Positions 12,097-25,005 of a stretch of DNA of 64,000 nt are shown in pieces. Each line of letters starts with the position of its first letter. The first letter of the stretch is position 1. Below the pieces are notes generated by a model. That model saw only the letters and a list, made by a program, of their open reading frames with translations. It was not told where the DNA came from and did no database searches. This DNA is from Podospora anserina (lineage: Eukaryota): the NCBI GenBank assembly GCA_017654855.1, contig CM030337.1, positions 1,736,001-1,800,000 on the forward strand. The letters run 5' to 3'. The translations under genes were made by a program, and so were the position numbers.

Positions 12097-12830
12097 TGTA
12101 AGACGCTTGCGTCCCAACATAAGCGACGAAACGACTTTGCATTGTCTAGCGTAAGTAAGGCACCTAAGAACCCGTCTATATTCGAAGCACAATCAGAGAA
12201 TATAAAGGAGGAACACTTCCGGTTTTAGAGACAGAGGAGACTTTTGCCCTTGATTAACGGGGATAATACATTCGTACTTATTTAGAGGTATCTACCTGGC
12301 CAACACAACCCCATACGCCAATCTGTTTGCTAGATGGTGATCTGCGCGGTACGGGAAAGGGGGGGAAAGGGGGCTGGGTCTAGAGAGAAAGACATGGGGG
12401 GCGGGGTGTGTGCTTTACGTCGGATAGTGGATTTTTATATGTCAGAAGCATGTGACTGATCACACTAGGGAATTCAACACTGCCAAGTATATCGACACTG
12501 TTCACTTTGGTAATGATTCCGCTGGTTTTCCTTTATCTGTTCCACCTTTCCCAGGCCATCTCAAGCTGGATATTTGTCTTTGCCTGCCTCCCTTACATCC
12601 CGCGAGGTGTTCAACTCCATTACCTTGATTCTTCTTGATCTAGCAGTATTCCCATATTCCGCACCTCCCTCCGGGCATGTCGGCTAAGATCACTGAGCTT
12701 AGCAGCCCCTCACGGCTCGAAATACATCACGTCGGATCAGTTTCTTAAGTAAACGAAAAGATAAAATGTACGTTCGTCATTGATGCGGCTTTGACTGTAT
12801 GTGATAGTTAAGGTATCTAACACTTTGAAG

Positions 12831-13097
12831 ATGGCGGTCGGCCAGCGACGGTCCCGGCTATTGCGCCGTCGCTTTAAGCGTATCAGGTCCAAGTCCCACC
12901 GAGCTCAACGCGACCTTAAAATCAAGAACCTTCAGCTTGCGTTAACAAGAGTAAAATCGGAAAATGAGGGGCTGATAGAGCAGCTGTATAGATTCCAACA
13001 TACTGTCTTACAACTTCACAAAGAGATGGCAAAGTTTGGGATCCCCAAGAGCGCGCCATATGAGTTTCACCCTTCAAAATGGTTGGAGGAAGTTTGA
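12831..13097 (+). CDS. Small bZIP-like protein (basic region + leucine heptads)
   Basis: RRRFKRIRSKSHRAQR followed by the I/L/V/L/L heptad IKNLQLALTRVKSENEGLIEQLYRF. An upstream exon is possible. Confidence 0.6.
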   Translation: MAVGQRRSRLLRRRFKRIRSKSHRAQRDLKIKNLQLALTRVKSENEGLIEQLYRFQHTVLQLHKEMAKFGIPKSAPYEFHPSKWLEEV

Positions 13098-13132
13098 GTC
13101 TATCTGACAAAAGAATAATAACTGCTGCTTTA

Positions 13133-13676
13133 CTATCTTAAGAGCTTCACCGCAATCCTAGGAACTCCAATTCTGCCCGTGACTGCGTTCCTCAAAACTT
13201 CGTCGACTTCATCCTGCGTGATACGAGGCCCGTTGAGTGCCTCAAGGTTCCAACGGTAATCATTGACGGTTATACTCTGAAGCCAGACAGAAAGAGGCGT
13301 CCCTCTGTTCGAGCTCGCCTGGACTGCTGCCTCCTTGATACTGAGGACACATATGTGATCGACTTGTCTTTCAACGTCGCGACAGTAATGGCCGTCTTCA
13401 ATGATTAGACGAACAGTCCGCTTGATGGAGTGTAGAGCAGCATGAATGAAATCATGCCTGCAATATTTGATAGCACCGGATAAACACCCGGGGTGTAAGG
13501 AATGCGGAGAGCTTGAGCCCGAGAAAATGGTTGAATCGTTGTCGCAGCCAGGGGAGCTGAGTTGACTTTGGACGGCATCGGCTGACTTGACAAAGAGAGC
13601 AAAAAATGCACCTTGGTAGGTGGGTGATGTTGCGGCCAAAACTCGGTCGGCACCCTGTAGGGCGGTGATGGTCCAT
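13133..13676 (-). CDS. Hypothetical protein (exon of a multi-exon gene)
   Basis: 168-aa open frame with protein-like composition; intron signals near 13740-13800. Confidence 0.35.
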
Positions 13677-14528
13677 GAAGTAGAGTCCGCTGATTTGGAC
13701 GCTATGAGACGAATATCATCTCCCCGACAGAACCTGAGATTGTCTAGTGATGTTGAGTACGTTAGTTTTAGCTGCTTGATATCAAACGTCCCACATACCT
13801 ATAATCTGTGTGCGAAGATACACAATGTTTTCGGACATTTTAAACTTAGAGGGTTCTCGTGTGAATGAATCATGGATGTCAATGTGAGACCTGATACGGA
13901 AGCGGAGATGAGCTGCCTTATATTGGCAATGCTATTTCAAGATGCTTTCCCAAAACACCCACCTATAAACATCTCTGTTGCTTGCTGAGATCAGCGCCCG
14001 GTGCCAGCGCCATTACTAGTCTATCTCAGCGGCGTGGATATATCCCATGATCGTGACCGCACCACCAGCGCCGTGCTAAAATTGGCAGAGCTCAAGCTCT
14101 CTTTTGCAACCTGCCCCATCCGGCGCCAAAAAATGCGAATAATTAGAGTTGCAGAAAAAGCGTCAATTACTATCTACTTGATTTCTAACTACCTACAAAT
14201 ATCCAGGTGAATTACTTGTGAAAAAGGGTGAGATATCAAATTGTTGTTGAAGTCTGGCTCCGGCTTAACTTCGGCTTCCGGCAAAACCCCGCCTAAACCG
14301 GGGAGCCAAAACAACCTCAAAGCTCAACATGCAAGTCGTCCGTTAACCACAGAAGATCCCACAACTATGAGAATTCGCTTTTCTCGGTTAATTTAGCTAT
14401 CTCTTCTGCCCTATATGTTAATCGAAAACAGAAATTTTCAAACTTTAGCGAAAATCCTTGGATAACTCGTTCACCTAGAGCCGACAGCGTGGTTGGTTTG
14501 ATCCTCTTGAAATCATATCTATCTCGGG

Positions 14529-15125
14529 TTAGCTAATTTCCTGCAGCAACTGGAGTCTAGGGAAAGAAGCATACATTATAACGTCAACTTCGCTCGAAAA
14601 AAAAAGCAAAGATAGAGGGTGTCCATTGGATAGAATGACCCAGCGTCGAGCAATCCTTCTTTGCGCAACAATCTTACTACGCTTAACCATACTGTTGCAT
14701 GCTCGCTCACAGATATCAATTGCGACACTGTCGTCGCTACTTCCTCGCTTGCGACGGAACACTCCACTTTGTCTTTCCGTTCGGATCATGGCCTTCACCT
14801 GAGCGAAAAGATAGACGAGCCGGAGGTACGTAAGCCGTTGAATCGTGCCGGTTGTGTTGGACAGAACACTTTGAACTGTTCTGAACGCAGCAAAAACACG
14901 ATCGTCATGGCTTGTAAGATTCGGCGGTAGTATAGTGTGCGATAGAAGTACGATCCAGTTGTCCCAGACTTCTTGGCAGCGTAACCCAAAGAATTCGACG
15001 CTGCTGTTTTGAAGTAACTGTCGATACAGGTGGTCCACTTTGGCATTCTCGTCCTCTATGATCGAGTTTGAGGATAAAGAGGGGGGACTTGCCCCTTGCT
15101 CCTTGATATCGGCGTTTTGACTCAT
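14529..15125 (-). CDS. Hypothetical helical protein typical of fungal accessory regions (probably continues in a second exon)
   Basis: 198-aa ORF with RTERQSGVFRRKRGSSDDSVAIDI..RRIARRWVILS; GTATGC donor near its end. Confidence 0.5.
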   Translation of the reverse strand: MSQNADIKEQGASPPSLSSNSIIEDENAKVDHLYRQLLQNSSVEFFGLRCQEVWDNWIVLLSHTILPPNLTSHDDRVFAAFRTVQSVLSNTTGTIQRLTYLRLVYLFAQVKAMIRTERQSGVFRRKRGSSDDSVAIDICERACNSMVKRSKIVAQRRIARRWVILSNGHPLSLLFFSSEVDVIMYASFPRLQLLQEIS

Positions 15126-16493
15126 GATGTTTGTGTGTTTCTGGAAAAAGTCCTGCTAAAAGCGAAGAGTTGGTCCCTACTTATAGAAAAGACTTGTAGA
15201 CAGTGGCCTTTTTGATTTTAACACATCCGTCGCGGTTCGGGCGCTCAATGTTACAAGTGGTTCCGCGCCATTATAAAAATAGGAGACAATATGGCCTATT
15301 TGACCAAGAGGCCGTGAAAATCTCGCGCCTTGCAAGTACAGGTGATCTGATTTGGATGAGCTGTTACAGGCTGCGGTCATCCTGAAACATCTTCGTGTGA
15401 GAATTCAGTACATCTAAGTGAGCGATTCATCACTCTCAAACCTGAAAAGTGGTCTCTACCACACTCGCCCTCCAGTCTTCTTTAGGGGCGCAATTTTGGT
15501 GCTACATCACATTCTGACTTTCTATGCAAATGTCACCATGGTTTATTTTATGGATATCAGAGCGCAAATACGTTCTATTGAAATGCCAAACTTGAGTTTG
15601 CCGAGTAACCAGGGCAAGGTAATCAATACCTAGTGTACACCATCCTCATCCAACGAAAAAGCCTATCCCAATGAACGCCCAGCGCCATACCTAATTACCT
15701 CCAACACCATGATCGAAGCATACAAATAAATAATATGAACCCCCTTATCCAACTAAACTGCCCGTCTTTTTGCTGCCCTTTCTTCCACACCCCCGCTGAT
15801 CTCCACGTATTTACGCTTTTTAGTCGGGCAGTCTGTCTTTGGAACAACCAGTTCTGGTCCAGCTTCCTCAGGTTTTACCCATGTTGTCATTATATCCTCC
15901 AGCGGCTGGTCAGCGTAAGGCGAGCGATACCATTCATCCAACAGAGACACGATCTTGGCTTCGTCCATGTTTTTGATGATTGCTAGGAATGTGTGCTTGT
16001 ACGTTTCTCTTTGTCGCTGGCTGAAATATTTAAAAATGTAGAAAGAGTTGAAAGAATAACTTGTGTGATTCCCCAGTGTAAGGCACCTCATTTACTTGGA
16101 GGCCATGACTTGCCTTATATCTCGACTTGTTAGCTAAAAATAAGGCAGGTCAGGTTTTCAACTCTAGCAGAGGCCAGACCTGACGTTTCAGAGAAGACTA
16201 TTGAAGCCATGTTATCCGTCAAGGTCAGCCCGTGGTCTACAAGACCAGCGCGATTAGACCGGGCAGAGGTCAACTTTTGCAGATGGTTCTTTTACATGCA
16301 ACATCCTTCTCTGAGTCTTGGCGCCAAGGCCATACATGCACGGGACGTCTTGGCGCGCTAAGAAACGTAAGACTCCTGGCAGGAGTCTTACGTTTCTTGG
16401 CTCTAATATGGGTCTCATCTAATGTAAGGCGCCAGCCGCGTCTTTGTTTACAACTGTTTTTTTGTCTGCACCGGCGCATAGAGAATCGAGACA

Positions 16494-18745
16494 ATGGAGC
16501 TCTTCACAGCAAAGCTGGATGAGATTTCCGTTAGGATTCAATCATTACCTCAGCATATCAAATCCACCAGGCGCCATGCTTATAATTCAACACCAGACTG
16601 GGCTGCGCTATTGGCCACTTTGCAGGAACTGAGACTGCTCGTTGGGAGGCTGGAGTCGGCTTTCTACCCTTCCCCAGGAGAAGGTCGAGAGGGAAAGCAA
16701 CCGAGGAAGTCGATAGTTCATACGTGAGTTCATCTCCAAAATATAGGGCGCATAAGCTGATCACCACATGTAGCGCTTCATTACGGCCAATGCACACCCT
16801 TCCCTCTGGCATACCAGCGTCCCCGCTCGCATCGTCGACGCCAGCCCGAGACTCTGTGGGGTCCGAAAGTTCGTCCAGCCCCACTATCTCCTCGGCATCG
16901 AGTATCAGCACAAACACCAGCTCGGCCGAGTTAGTACCTAGTAGATTTGTATCTCGCCCTATAGACTCGCCAGTCCCAGCAGCCACCTTTCGCTTTGTTA
17001 GTGACAGAGGAAACAGTGTGCCCAATCCTCCCGACAGCATGCTGCACCTATCAGATCTCGGAGACAGTCTGCTCAACACTCTTGGTAGTATCATATCTCA
17101 AAATAAACACACCGCCAAGGTCTCCCTGGATGACATCGACTTCAACAACATGGCACTTGGCAAAAACGTGATACCCCTCGCAAAGGATCAGCAATTCGCC
17201 GTTAGATATCAAAACAGCGACCACCCCTCCTGCTCACAACTCCACCTCGATCCTTGCAACAAGCTGCGTCTTCCCGTGTTGAAGAGAGACGCGTGCATCC
17301 CTCCTGACGAGAGATTTGATTCGTGGTTTCGGACACTCCTGAGTAACCCGCCGACTAAACGGGTTGCATACTACGTTGGTCCTCTTGAGGGAACATTTGC
17401 TGAGCATCTCCAGGATCTTTTTCCGTCTGGGAACCGCGTGTCTGAATTAATCACCGAATCATCGAGCACAGAAGGCCACTTTCCAGGGGTTTCGTCCCTG
17501 TACGGCCACATCGGGGAGGCAATGTCTGGCACCGCTTTTCATTGTGAGGACGCCAACTTACGATCCTACAACTTGACCCTTATTGGGTGGAAAACGTGGA
17601 TCTTGATCGAACCTTCTCATACTCTTGCGTTTGAGCAACTTATCCGACGGCTGCACCCCCATCCCAGTCAATGCGACCAGTTCGTTCGACACAGCGCTCT
17701 TTTGATACATCCAGATAAACTAAGGTCGGAAAAGATAGCCTTCAGCGTTGTGCATTCGGGCCCTGGAGATCTGGTTCTGACACGGCCGCGCCAGTATCAT
17801 GCAGTCATAAACAGAACCGCCTCCTTTGCGATAGCCACCAATTTCGTGCTGGGTGACGAAGATCCCATACCTGAGCGCCTCTTGGTATGTACGGAGGACG
17901 CTTTCTTTCACGTCAAGGACCACAGAATACGCAGGCTAGGGTCCCGCAATGCATTTGAGGAACAGAACAAAGCCACTATAGTGTCGGTGAAACGTCATAC
18001 GCATACGATACCAGAGAAACGGCTCTTCAAAGATATCTCTGCGGAGTCCTCGGATATTTTTCCAGTCATCGCAACTTTAACGTCTTGGATGCAAACCACC
18101 GGCCCGATTCTTCGCCTAGTCTCTCTCGTCGGTATTTGGCGTTGTAACGACTCTCTCCGCAAGTCCCTATTACAGATTCAGTCTCAGCACGGAAATGAAC
18201 TGCTTGAAGCTCTATCCGGCCTCAGTAGTCAAACATCTCGATACTCACATTTCCACTCGTTCTTGGAGACCCTTGTCAATATACGCTTTGTACGGTCGCT
18301 CCAATCGCCAGGCAAGAAACGGATTCCTCGCAAATCCGTCGAAAGGGTTCTACGCGCGCGCAAGTTAGATCTGACGCCGGAGACTCGAAAATCCTTCCAG
18401 AACGAGCTCTCGCACTACCGTTCCTAGGCGGATTTCTGCGGTGAAGCACCGGACTACACCTATGATGGCATTCTCTGCCTTCTTCCTCTAGGGTTTTCAG
18501 ATCAAGTGGAAGTTAGGAGGAATGATATACGCGACCTTACCAAGGCGGCGTATCAATCTTTTCACCTTAACCTTAACACTCTACCATATTTTTCGGGCTT
18601 GTGCCAAATCGGTCAAAGGTTTCAAAATGCAATTTTTAGTCTAACAGATCTTAAAGAGCAGCCCTTCGAACAAGTACAGGAAGAAGACTTGATGAGGTTA
18701 CCCTTAGAAGATCTACTTGCACTCTTGGGATTGCCTCAGAACTAG
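16494..18745 (+). pseudogene. JmjC-domain (KDM4/KDM5-like) putative histone demethylase; in-frame TAG at 18425-18427 truncates the C-terminus
   Basis: SGTAFHCEDANLRSYNLTLIGWKTWILI (HxE and Lys), CDQFVRH, and GDLVLTRPRQYHAVIN (distal His). Intron 16724-16773 joins in frame. The ORF ending 18745 is in frame beyond the TAG. Confidence 0.8.
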
Positions 18746-19097
18746 CAACCAGTATATGTTGAGGGGCCAATGGGTGCGTGCGAGAGGCTACCTCCCCGCG
18801 TTTGTACTGTCATTTTTCAAAGCTTTGAGGGACCCATGGTCTCAACGTCGGCTCAGGTCACGGCCTGTAGCTTTTGGTGAAGAGTGGCGATGGCGGCGCT
18901 GGAGGCACGGGTTTGGTTCCATGATAGCCGTCTCATGATGAATTAACGGAGACACTTCTGAAATTGACTTTGCCCTTCTGAAATAATTTGAACGGCATTT
19001 GACGGGTACCTAAATAGTCAAAAATACTATAAATCTCAAGTGCCCCGACAACACTTTCACTTAGCTGTCTATCTTTCCAAACTACTAGCTTTTTTGC

Positions 19098-20294
19098 ATG
19101 GGGTGGGTCAAAATGAACCGACCTAGTTGTCCGAAAGTATCGATTAGATCTCCGTTCGGCTCCTCTGAAGATTGGAAATGCAAACGATGCATATTCTTTG
19201 ATCAAATCTTCAAAACTCGCGATTTTCTCAATCATTTAGAGGTCAAAAACATACAGGCTGATTTTTTCGGGACAAGTCTAGACGAGCTGGTTGCCCAGCC
19301 GGCAACTCACGGTTTCCATTATATCGTTTTCATATCTCACGGTATGGGGAAAGACGCATCGAGGCCTGAAGAAAGAGCGAAGACGATCTTGTCGTGTTTG
19401 CTACATCACAAATATCATGAAGAAACTTGCGAAGCCGAAATCACAACAGGCTCGGGCGCAACCATTACTCTCAACATATGGCAGTGGGTTCATCAAGCAT
19501 CGCATGTGGAGGTTGGGGACTTTGAGCGCCGCTTTCCCATGATAGAGGGGCAACCTGGTCGATGTGGCTACATTGTTGGTGCGAGACACCGTATCGAGGA
19601 TCGGGTGATTGAGGTACTTGAGAAACGGAGATTCAGGCAGCTTTCCGCAACGAATTCCGCAACGAATTTCAAGTTTCATCAGTTTGGCAGCATCATTATA
19701 TACCCTTATCCTTGGGGTATGTTCGCCAATTTTTGGGGACACGTAACGAGCCTCGAAAGTGTTTCTCCCCCCAAAAGGAAGCGAGAGGCTGAAAGTCACG
19801 AAGAACATGCAAGCAAACGAAGGAAAGTACCTGGACAGGGCCCCGATTCTTCCGAGCATTCTTCTACCTCATCTGTGAAGCGAGAGGCTGAAAGTCACGA
19901 AGCCCCTTCAATTAAACGAAGGAAAGCACCTGGATAGGGCCCCGATTCTTCCGAGCATTCTTCTACCTTATCTGTGAAGCGAGAGACTGAAAGTCACGAA
20001 GTCCCTTTAATCAAACGAAGGAAAGCACCTGGACAGGGCCCCGATTCTTCCGAGCATTCTTCTACCTCATCTGTGAAGCGAGAGGCTGAAAGTCACGAAG
20101 TCCCTTCCAGCCAAAGAAGAAAAGAGGCAGGGCCCAGCCCCGAGGCTCCCGATAAAAAGAGGAAGCGAGAGGGTGAAAGCCAGCAGTGTCCTTTGATCAA
20201 AAGAAGGAAGGAAGCTGAGCCCGTACACGAACCTGCCATCAATCCTACGAGCTCAATATTGGAGCAACTACTGGCAAACAAGAAGCCGACATAA
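19098..20294 (+). pseudogene. Hypothetical protein with NLS-rich 33-aa C-terminal repeats; TAG at 19935-19937
   Basis: 99-bp repeats KREAESHE.P.IKRRK.PGQGPDSSEHSSTSSV. Copy 2 has GGA TAG GGC where copies 1 and 3 have GGA CAG GGC. Confidence 0.6.
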
Positions 20295-20455
20295 GACGCC
20301 TTTACTCTCGTACAATTTGACTCCGCTGGTCCGGAGGGTAGCGCACTCGAGGGAATTTCGACGACATAAGGTAGGTAGGTAGGTAGGTATGTTTCTTTGA
20401 TGATTTGGTTTTGGGTGGTATGTTTCTTTAATAATTTTGGGTAATAGATTCGGTG

Positions 20456-21359
20456 TTAAACTATCTCCACAATATGCTCCTCTGCTAGATAATTGTCTTT
20501 GTGTTCTCGACGTGATAAAACTGTAGAACATGTAGCCTCAGCTCCCTGTTTGTTTTTATGATCGCTCTCATCCAAAATTCTCTCCCTCCCAACATGCAAG
20601 AATAGCCGCTTCTTCATTCCCACAATGGCTGGCCAGAGGAGAGTCTGAAGGATGGTCAGAGCAAGACTGGTCATTTCAGCGAGATACAAGCCTTGCCAGT
20701 TGGTAGACATTCCAACGACGATAATGAGTATGGAAAAAGCTAAAAAAATAGCGAGCCATGCAAGCCTCCAAGAGATCGATTCCGACTTAATGCCGAGATT
20801 CTGGGTAAGTCGCTGTTTCCTCCAGATTATAAACAGCCAGAATGCCAGTACTCCGGTGTACGTGTGTAGCAACAGGAGAGATGATAGAAGAATACGCGGG
20901 ATTGTCTTAACGTTCCAACATCCTATAATAATAAGGGCGACGTTGAGAAGTATTGGGCTCGCGAGAAGACACCACCGTAGAACGATATCATGTTTGTCAT
21001 ATATTAGAGACAGACAGAGCGGATATATCACGTATATGGTCTATTGAAGTCAGCTGAAGGGTCTTCGGCGATCAAGGTCCGTGGGGATAACTGACATGAA
21101 CGACATGCAGCGAAGTGTAACATGCAACTGTGACTGAAACAGTCATATTCGTGATGAACAAATCGATGGCCAGGAACACGACGACAAGCAGTAGTGATAT
21201 GGCGGAAGAGCAAAACTGCACCATGGACTGTTTCCAATGTTTCTCCTGCTTAGTGCCGATGAAAAAAGACACAAGAGGCTGCCGTGCGATGATCAGAATG
21301 ATGATATGGATGGGAAGAGAGATTGCAGCAGCCACAATCATTTCAGAGGTGCCTTGCAT
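20456..21359 (-). CDS. Multi-pass membrane protein (~7 TM, divergent PTH11/rhodopsin-like), 2 exons
   Basis: About seven hydrophobic segments across ORFs 21072-21359 and 20456-21031, joined by a GTCAGT..GCTGAC..TAG intron; charged C-terminal tail. Confidence 0.55.
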
Positions 21360-22014
21360 TTTGTGAGTTTGGAATCGGACAAATACTAGATACCTCTTAC
21401 CTTAACTGTTATTGAAGGTAGCCACTTTTTAATGTAGGCGTGCTAGCTTTCAGGCCATGGCTACTGATGTCAACACGGAGCGTGCTTGACTTCTACACGA
21501 TGGAACGAGATGCGGAGTTTATTTCGGACCAACTCCTCCACCACCGCCGCTGCGGCGCAGGATCACTATCACACCCGTGACCTACCAAGCCAAGCTTGCG
21601 ACGAGGGCAGGGCATGAATAGTGTGTTGTGATGGATGATACCCTACAGTGTTGAGGCACAGTGTTGGGGCGATCTTTAAACACAGTGGAAGAAGTGCGAC
21701 TGTTCGGTGGCACCTCGGTAACCGTACCCAGGCTAATACGTGCTGGGTAAGGGCGGGGTCTGGGTTGGTACGTACCACTTTGGAGTGGGAGGTTTCCTTC
21801 CCTCATCTTAGTGAGGGCTGATTCTACAGCGTAGTGCCATACAATTCAGTCTGGCGTCTCTCGCAAGCTCAGCTTTGAACTCACGCCTCAACAAGTATGC
21901 CTCACAGCGGCCGCCAGCAGCATATATAAGCGGCACCTCCTAACCTCACCTCAGTCAAAAACACTTTGTCCATATGTTTGACACAAATCATTGCCTGCTA
22001 TCTCTTTTACTGCC

Positions 22015-23635
22015 ATGATGAGCATCGAGACACTCGATTTTGCTGGCCAGGCGACTGATCTTGTGTTAGAAGTTGGCCCCAAACCAATTCTTCTGAGAGT
22101 ACAGGCAGAGCTTCTTGAGAAACACTCGCCGGTCTTCAAGAAAATGTTTCTTCCAGATCAAATGGATTCTATCACATTTGATGGATCGGGTACACGACAT
22201 ATCTCGCTTCCGGAAGATAACCCTACTCTATTCCGAGCCTTATTCTACGCTATCCACGGCCAGTTCGCCAATGTAACTGCCCTTTTTACTGTTCTCAACT
22301 TCGCGACAATTCTACAAACCATCGCATTGGCAAGCAAGTATGGAATGGTCCCAGTATTTAACCCATGGATAGGCAGTCTGGTTCTACGAATCCGAAGAAG
22401 CTTGCAGCTATTAGATAGCAGCGAACTTGTAAGTTGCGCCCTGATTCTCAGATTTATCGGGGACATTGAAAATCTATTTCTCGCCATCTACATTCTTGCC
22501 CATTTTGCCAGTCGGGAGGATAAAGAAGGCAGGATGATTCTTGATTCCATACAGCAGCCTTAGTCAGCAGAGCAGTGTCAGACGCCTGCGACAGGATATC
22601 TCCAAGGGATTCCAATTGATGCAGGCTTAGACCTGATAGGTAAGACAGAATCAGAACCCATTCTCACCCCTAACTAACATTGAGTAATGGAACTAGATGC
22701 TATTGAAAGTGTACGGGAAGGCTTATATCGCAACATAGCTATGATCGTTCAGAAGAAGTTTCGAGAGTTGAATGACGCTTCCCAATGCCGATGCTATAAG
22801 AAAAGTATGAGGGCCATTCAACAGTTCCTTTCTCTTTCGCAAAATCAAGAAGAGCAGATCTTTCTCGACCTGGTAGGATCTGAGGTTGTTGAAGTTCAGA
22901 CCCTTACATCCTTTCGGCGCACATCAATCGCAAATCTAATCACTCTGGTCAATACTACGATGAAGGCAGGAATCCAGCCGTACTCTACCGGGAGTAAGTC
23001 TTGTTTCACGTGGGAGCCGCGCTAGATAAACCATCATAAGTTCGACGTCGCTTCAATTCCTTACATCATCTGTAAGGCGGATTATTTTAGCAGCATAGCT
23101 AATCGGCAAATGTCAATTCGAAGACATGATCTAGGGCTCAATTCAAGTTTGCACCGGTCATCGGTCATCGATACGGCATTGAGCTTAGGTCATCACGCGC
23201 AACTACGTCCTCAATCACAACCTCTGCTTTTAACTGCTGGATCGTCACGGCGCTGGAGGATAACCAGAATATCTAATTTCGTTTTTTGTTTTGAAGGTGC
23301 ATTTTACTTGGAGCAGCAACTCTACGCCGATTCTCTATACATCCACTGCCGAGCTCAGTTTCCGCTGCCACCCGGGGCAAAATACTTTTTGGATATTGTT
23401 GGACATGATATTGATGGAATTTACTATACCGGTAGGATCATTCATCGACTAACATACGTTTCGCGTCGTGCTGACCCATCTTTGCTTAGATGAAGAGCCT
23501 TGCTGCGCGGTGATTGCACGGACTTATGGTCCGGACTATACGGCATATGAGTTTCAGTCTGCACAAGAGCAGAAGGACTTCTTAGCATCAATGAGCGCAG
23601 TTAATAGTAAGAAGGTCTCAGTAGTGAGGAGGTAA
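22015..23635 (+). pseudogene. BTB/POZ-domain protein; in-frame TAGs at 22561 and 23023
   Basis: DLVLEVG..LRVQAELLEKHSPVFKKMF..ISLPEDNPTLFRALFYAIHG..IALASKYG is a fungal BTB signature. The frame continues past both TAGs, and there are two GT-AG introns. Confidence 0.75.
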
Positions 23636-23668
23636 GCACATCATTTTCTCTGTAACAAAAGCAAGCAT

Positions 23669-24713
23669 CTAACCATATAATAGGCAAATCTTGACTGGTT
23701 TGGTGAGTTCGTTGGGGGGAGCGATGAAGTGGCAAGCGGGTGAGGTGTAGAATATCTTCTCGAGGAGTTCTTGATGCTTAAGGCAGGACAAGATGTTGAT
23801 AGTATGATAAGATATACGCTGGCGGAGGAAAATGTGGCAACTCAGATCTCTCGTCCTCCACGTGCTGAACCCGATCGTGTGTAACCATAACCTGACAGAG
23901 TGCTTCGTGATCCACATCTACCCCTATAGCCTTGTTCCATTCTGATAGCAGCATCGAGCTGGATGCTAGAAGTTCGCCAGGCAGGCCAGTGAGGTAGATG
24001 ACCTATGTGCGTGTCAGCACGCGATGTTGAGAATTTGGGATAAACGCACAAGCAGAAACTCATCATCGTCAGAACACAGCAACCCTGCACAGCAGCTCAT
24101 CGAACAGAGTGATATGATAATGTAGGCTAGAAGCTTTCGTCTCTGAGATCGTGATACAAGTAGTAGTCGTGTCAGAAGAAGAAGGTACTCCGTTGCAGTC
24201 CAGGCATGTATTGAACACGCAATGACAAGAATGCTAACTCTGCCGACATTGGCAATGTGGTGGGCGCTTGCCATGATCCCCCCAAGCAAGAGGGCACTGC
24301 CGGCGGCCGCTGAGAGAAGTTTACGTCGACCACGGGGCTCAGTCCAAGATACACAGATCATGTGTATGATACGCTGTTTTATGTTATTGAGTGGACCGAT
24401 TTTGGGGGCGACAGCCTACTTCTGAAAGTGTGCGGTAGATTCCAAGCGCATAGATGCAAGTTTCAAGCCGTTGGACAAGCAAAGGCGGTATAATAGCCAC
24501 AACTGACAACTGGGCAATCCAAAGGCAGTCGAATGCCAAAGCTTGCGAGGTGAAAAGGCCTTTGTGCTGATACTGTTGCCCATGCGACCTCTTCCGGGTA
24601 GCGAAAATGCCGTTGGAGAGGGCATACCGTCTCACGAGGAGCCCTCCGAGGCTGAGAGCGGCCATTGTCCATACGATGACAACGAATGAAACTGCGGCCG
24701 CTGAGTGCGCCAT
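23669..24713 (-). CDS. Multi-pass membrane protein (divergent PTH11-like), possibly disrupted; 3' end uncertain
   Basis: VVIVWTMAALSLGGLLVRRY first helix and several further hydrophobic segments over adjacent ORFs. Confidence 0.4.
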
Positions 24714-25005
24714 GGGAAAGACCTGGAAATTCGGAGAAGCCCGTTGGAACTGCACAATTTGGTCTGAACGAGCGCAGGCCAACGGTGTTTTGTAGACCCC
24801 AGCCCCATTCTAAAACTCATGCCTTCACAAGCAAGGCATCCGCGCCGCCAGTACCGCCAACGAGCTGCCTCCAGGTAAAAATAGTTCAGTTCTTATGATG
24901 GCTATAAGTATCTAAGGTATGTCGTGAGGTGATGGGTGACTTCTTGCAGCCGTGTCATCGCTCACCTACTAGCTCACATCCATCAAACACCCAGACTTGA
25001 TACAA

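Noticed and set aside
1598-20390. Recurrent TAGGTACCTA / (GGTA)n motifs
   Set aside because: These are common low-complexity motifs in fungal intergenic DNA and also occur outside the element (~45505).
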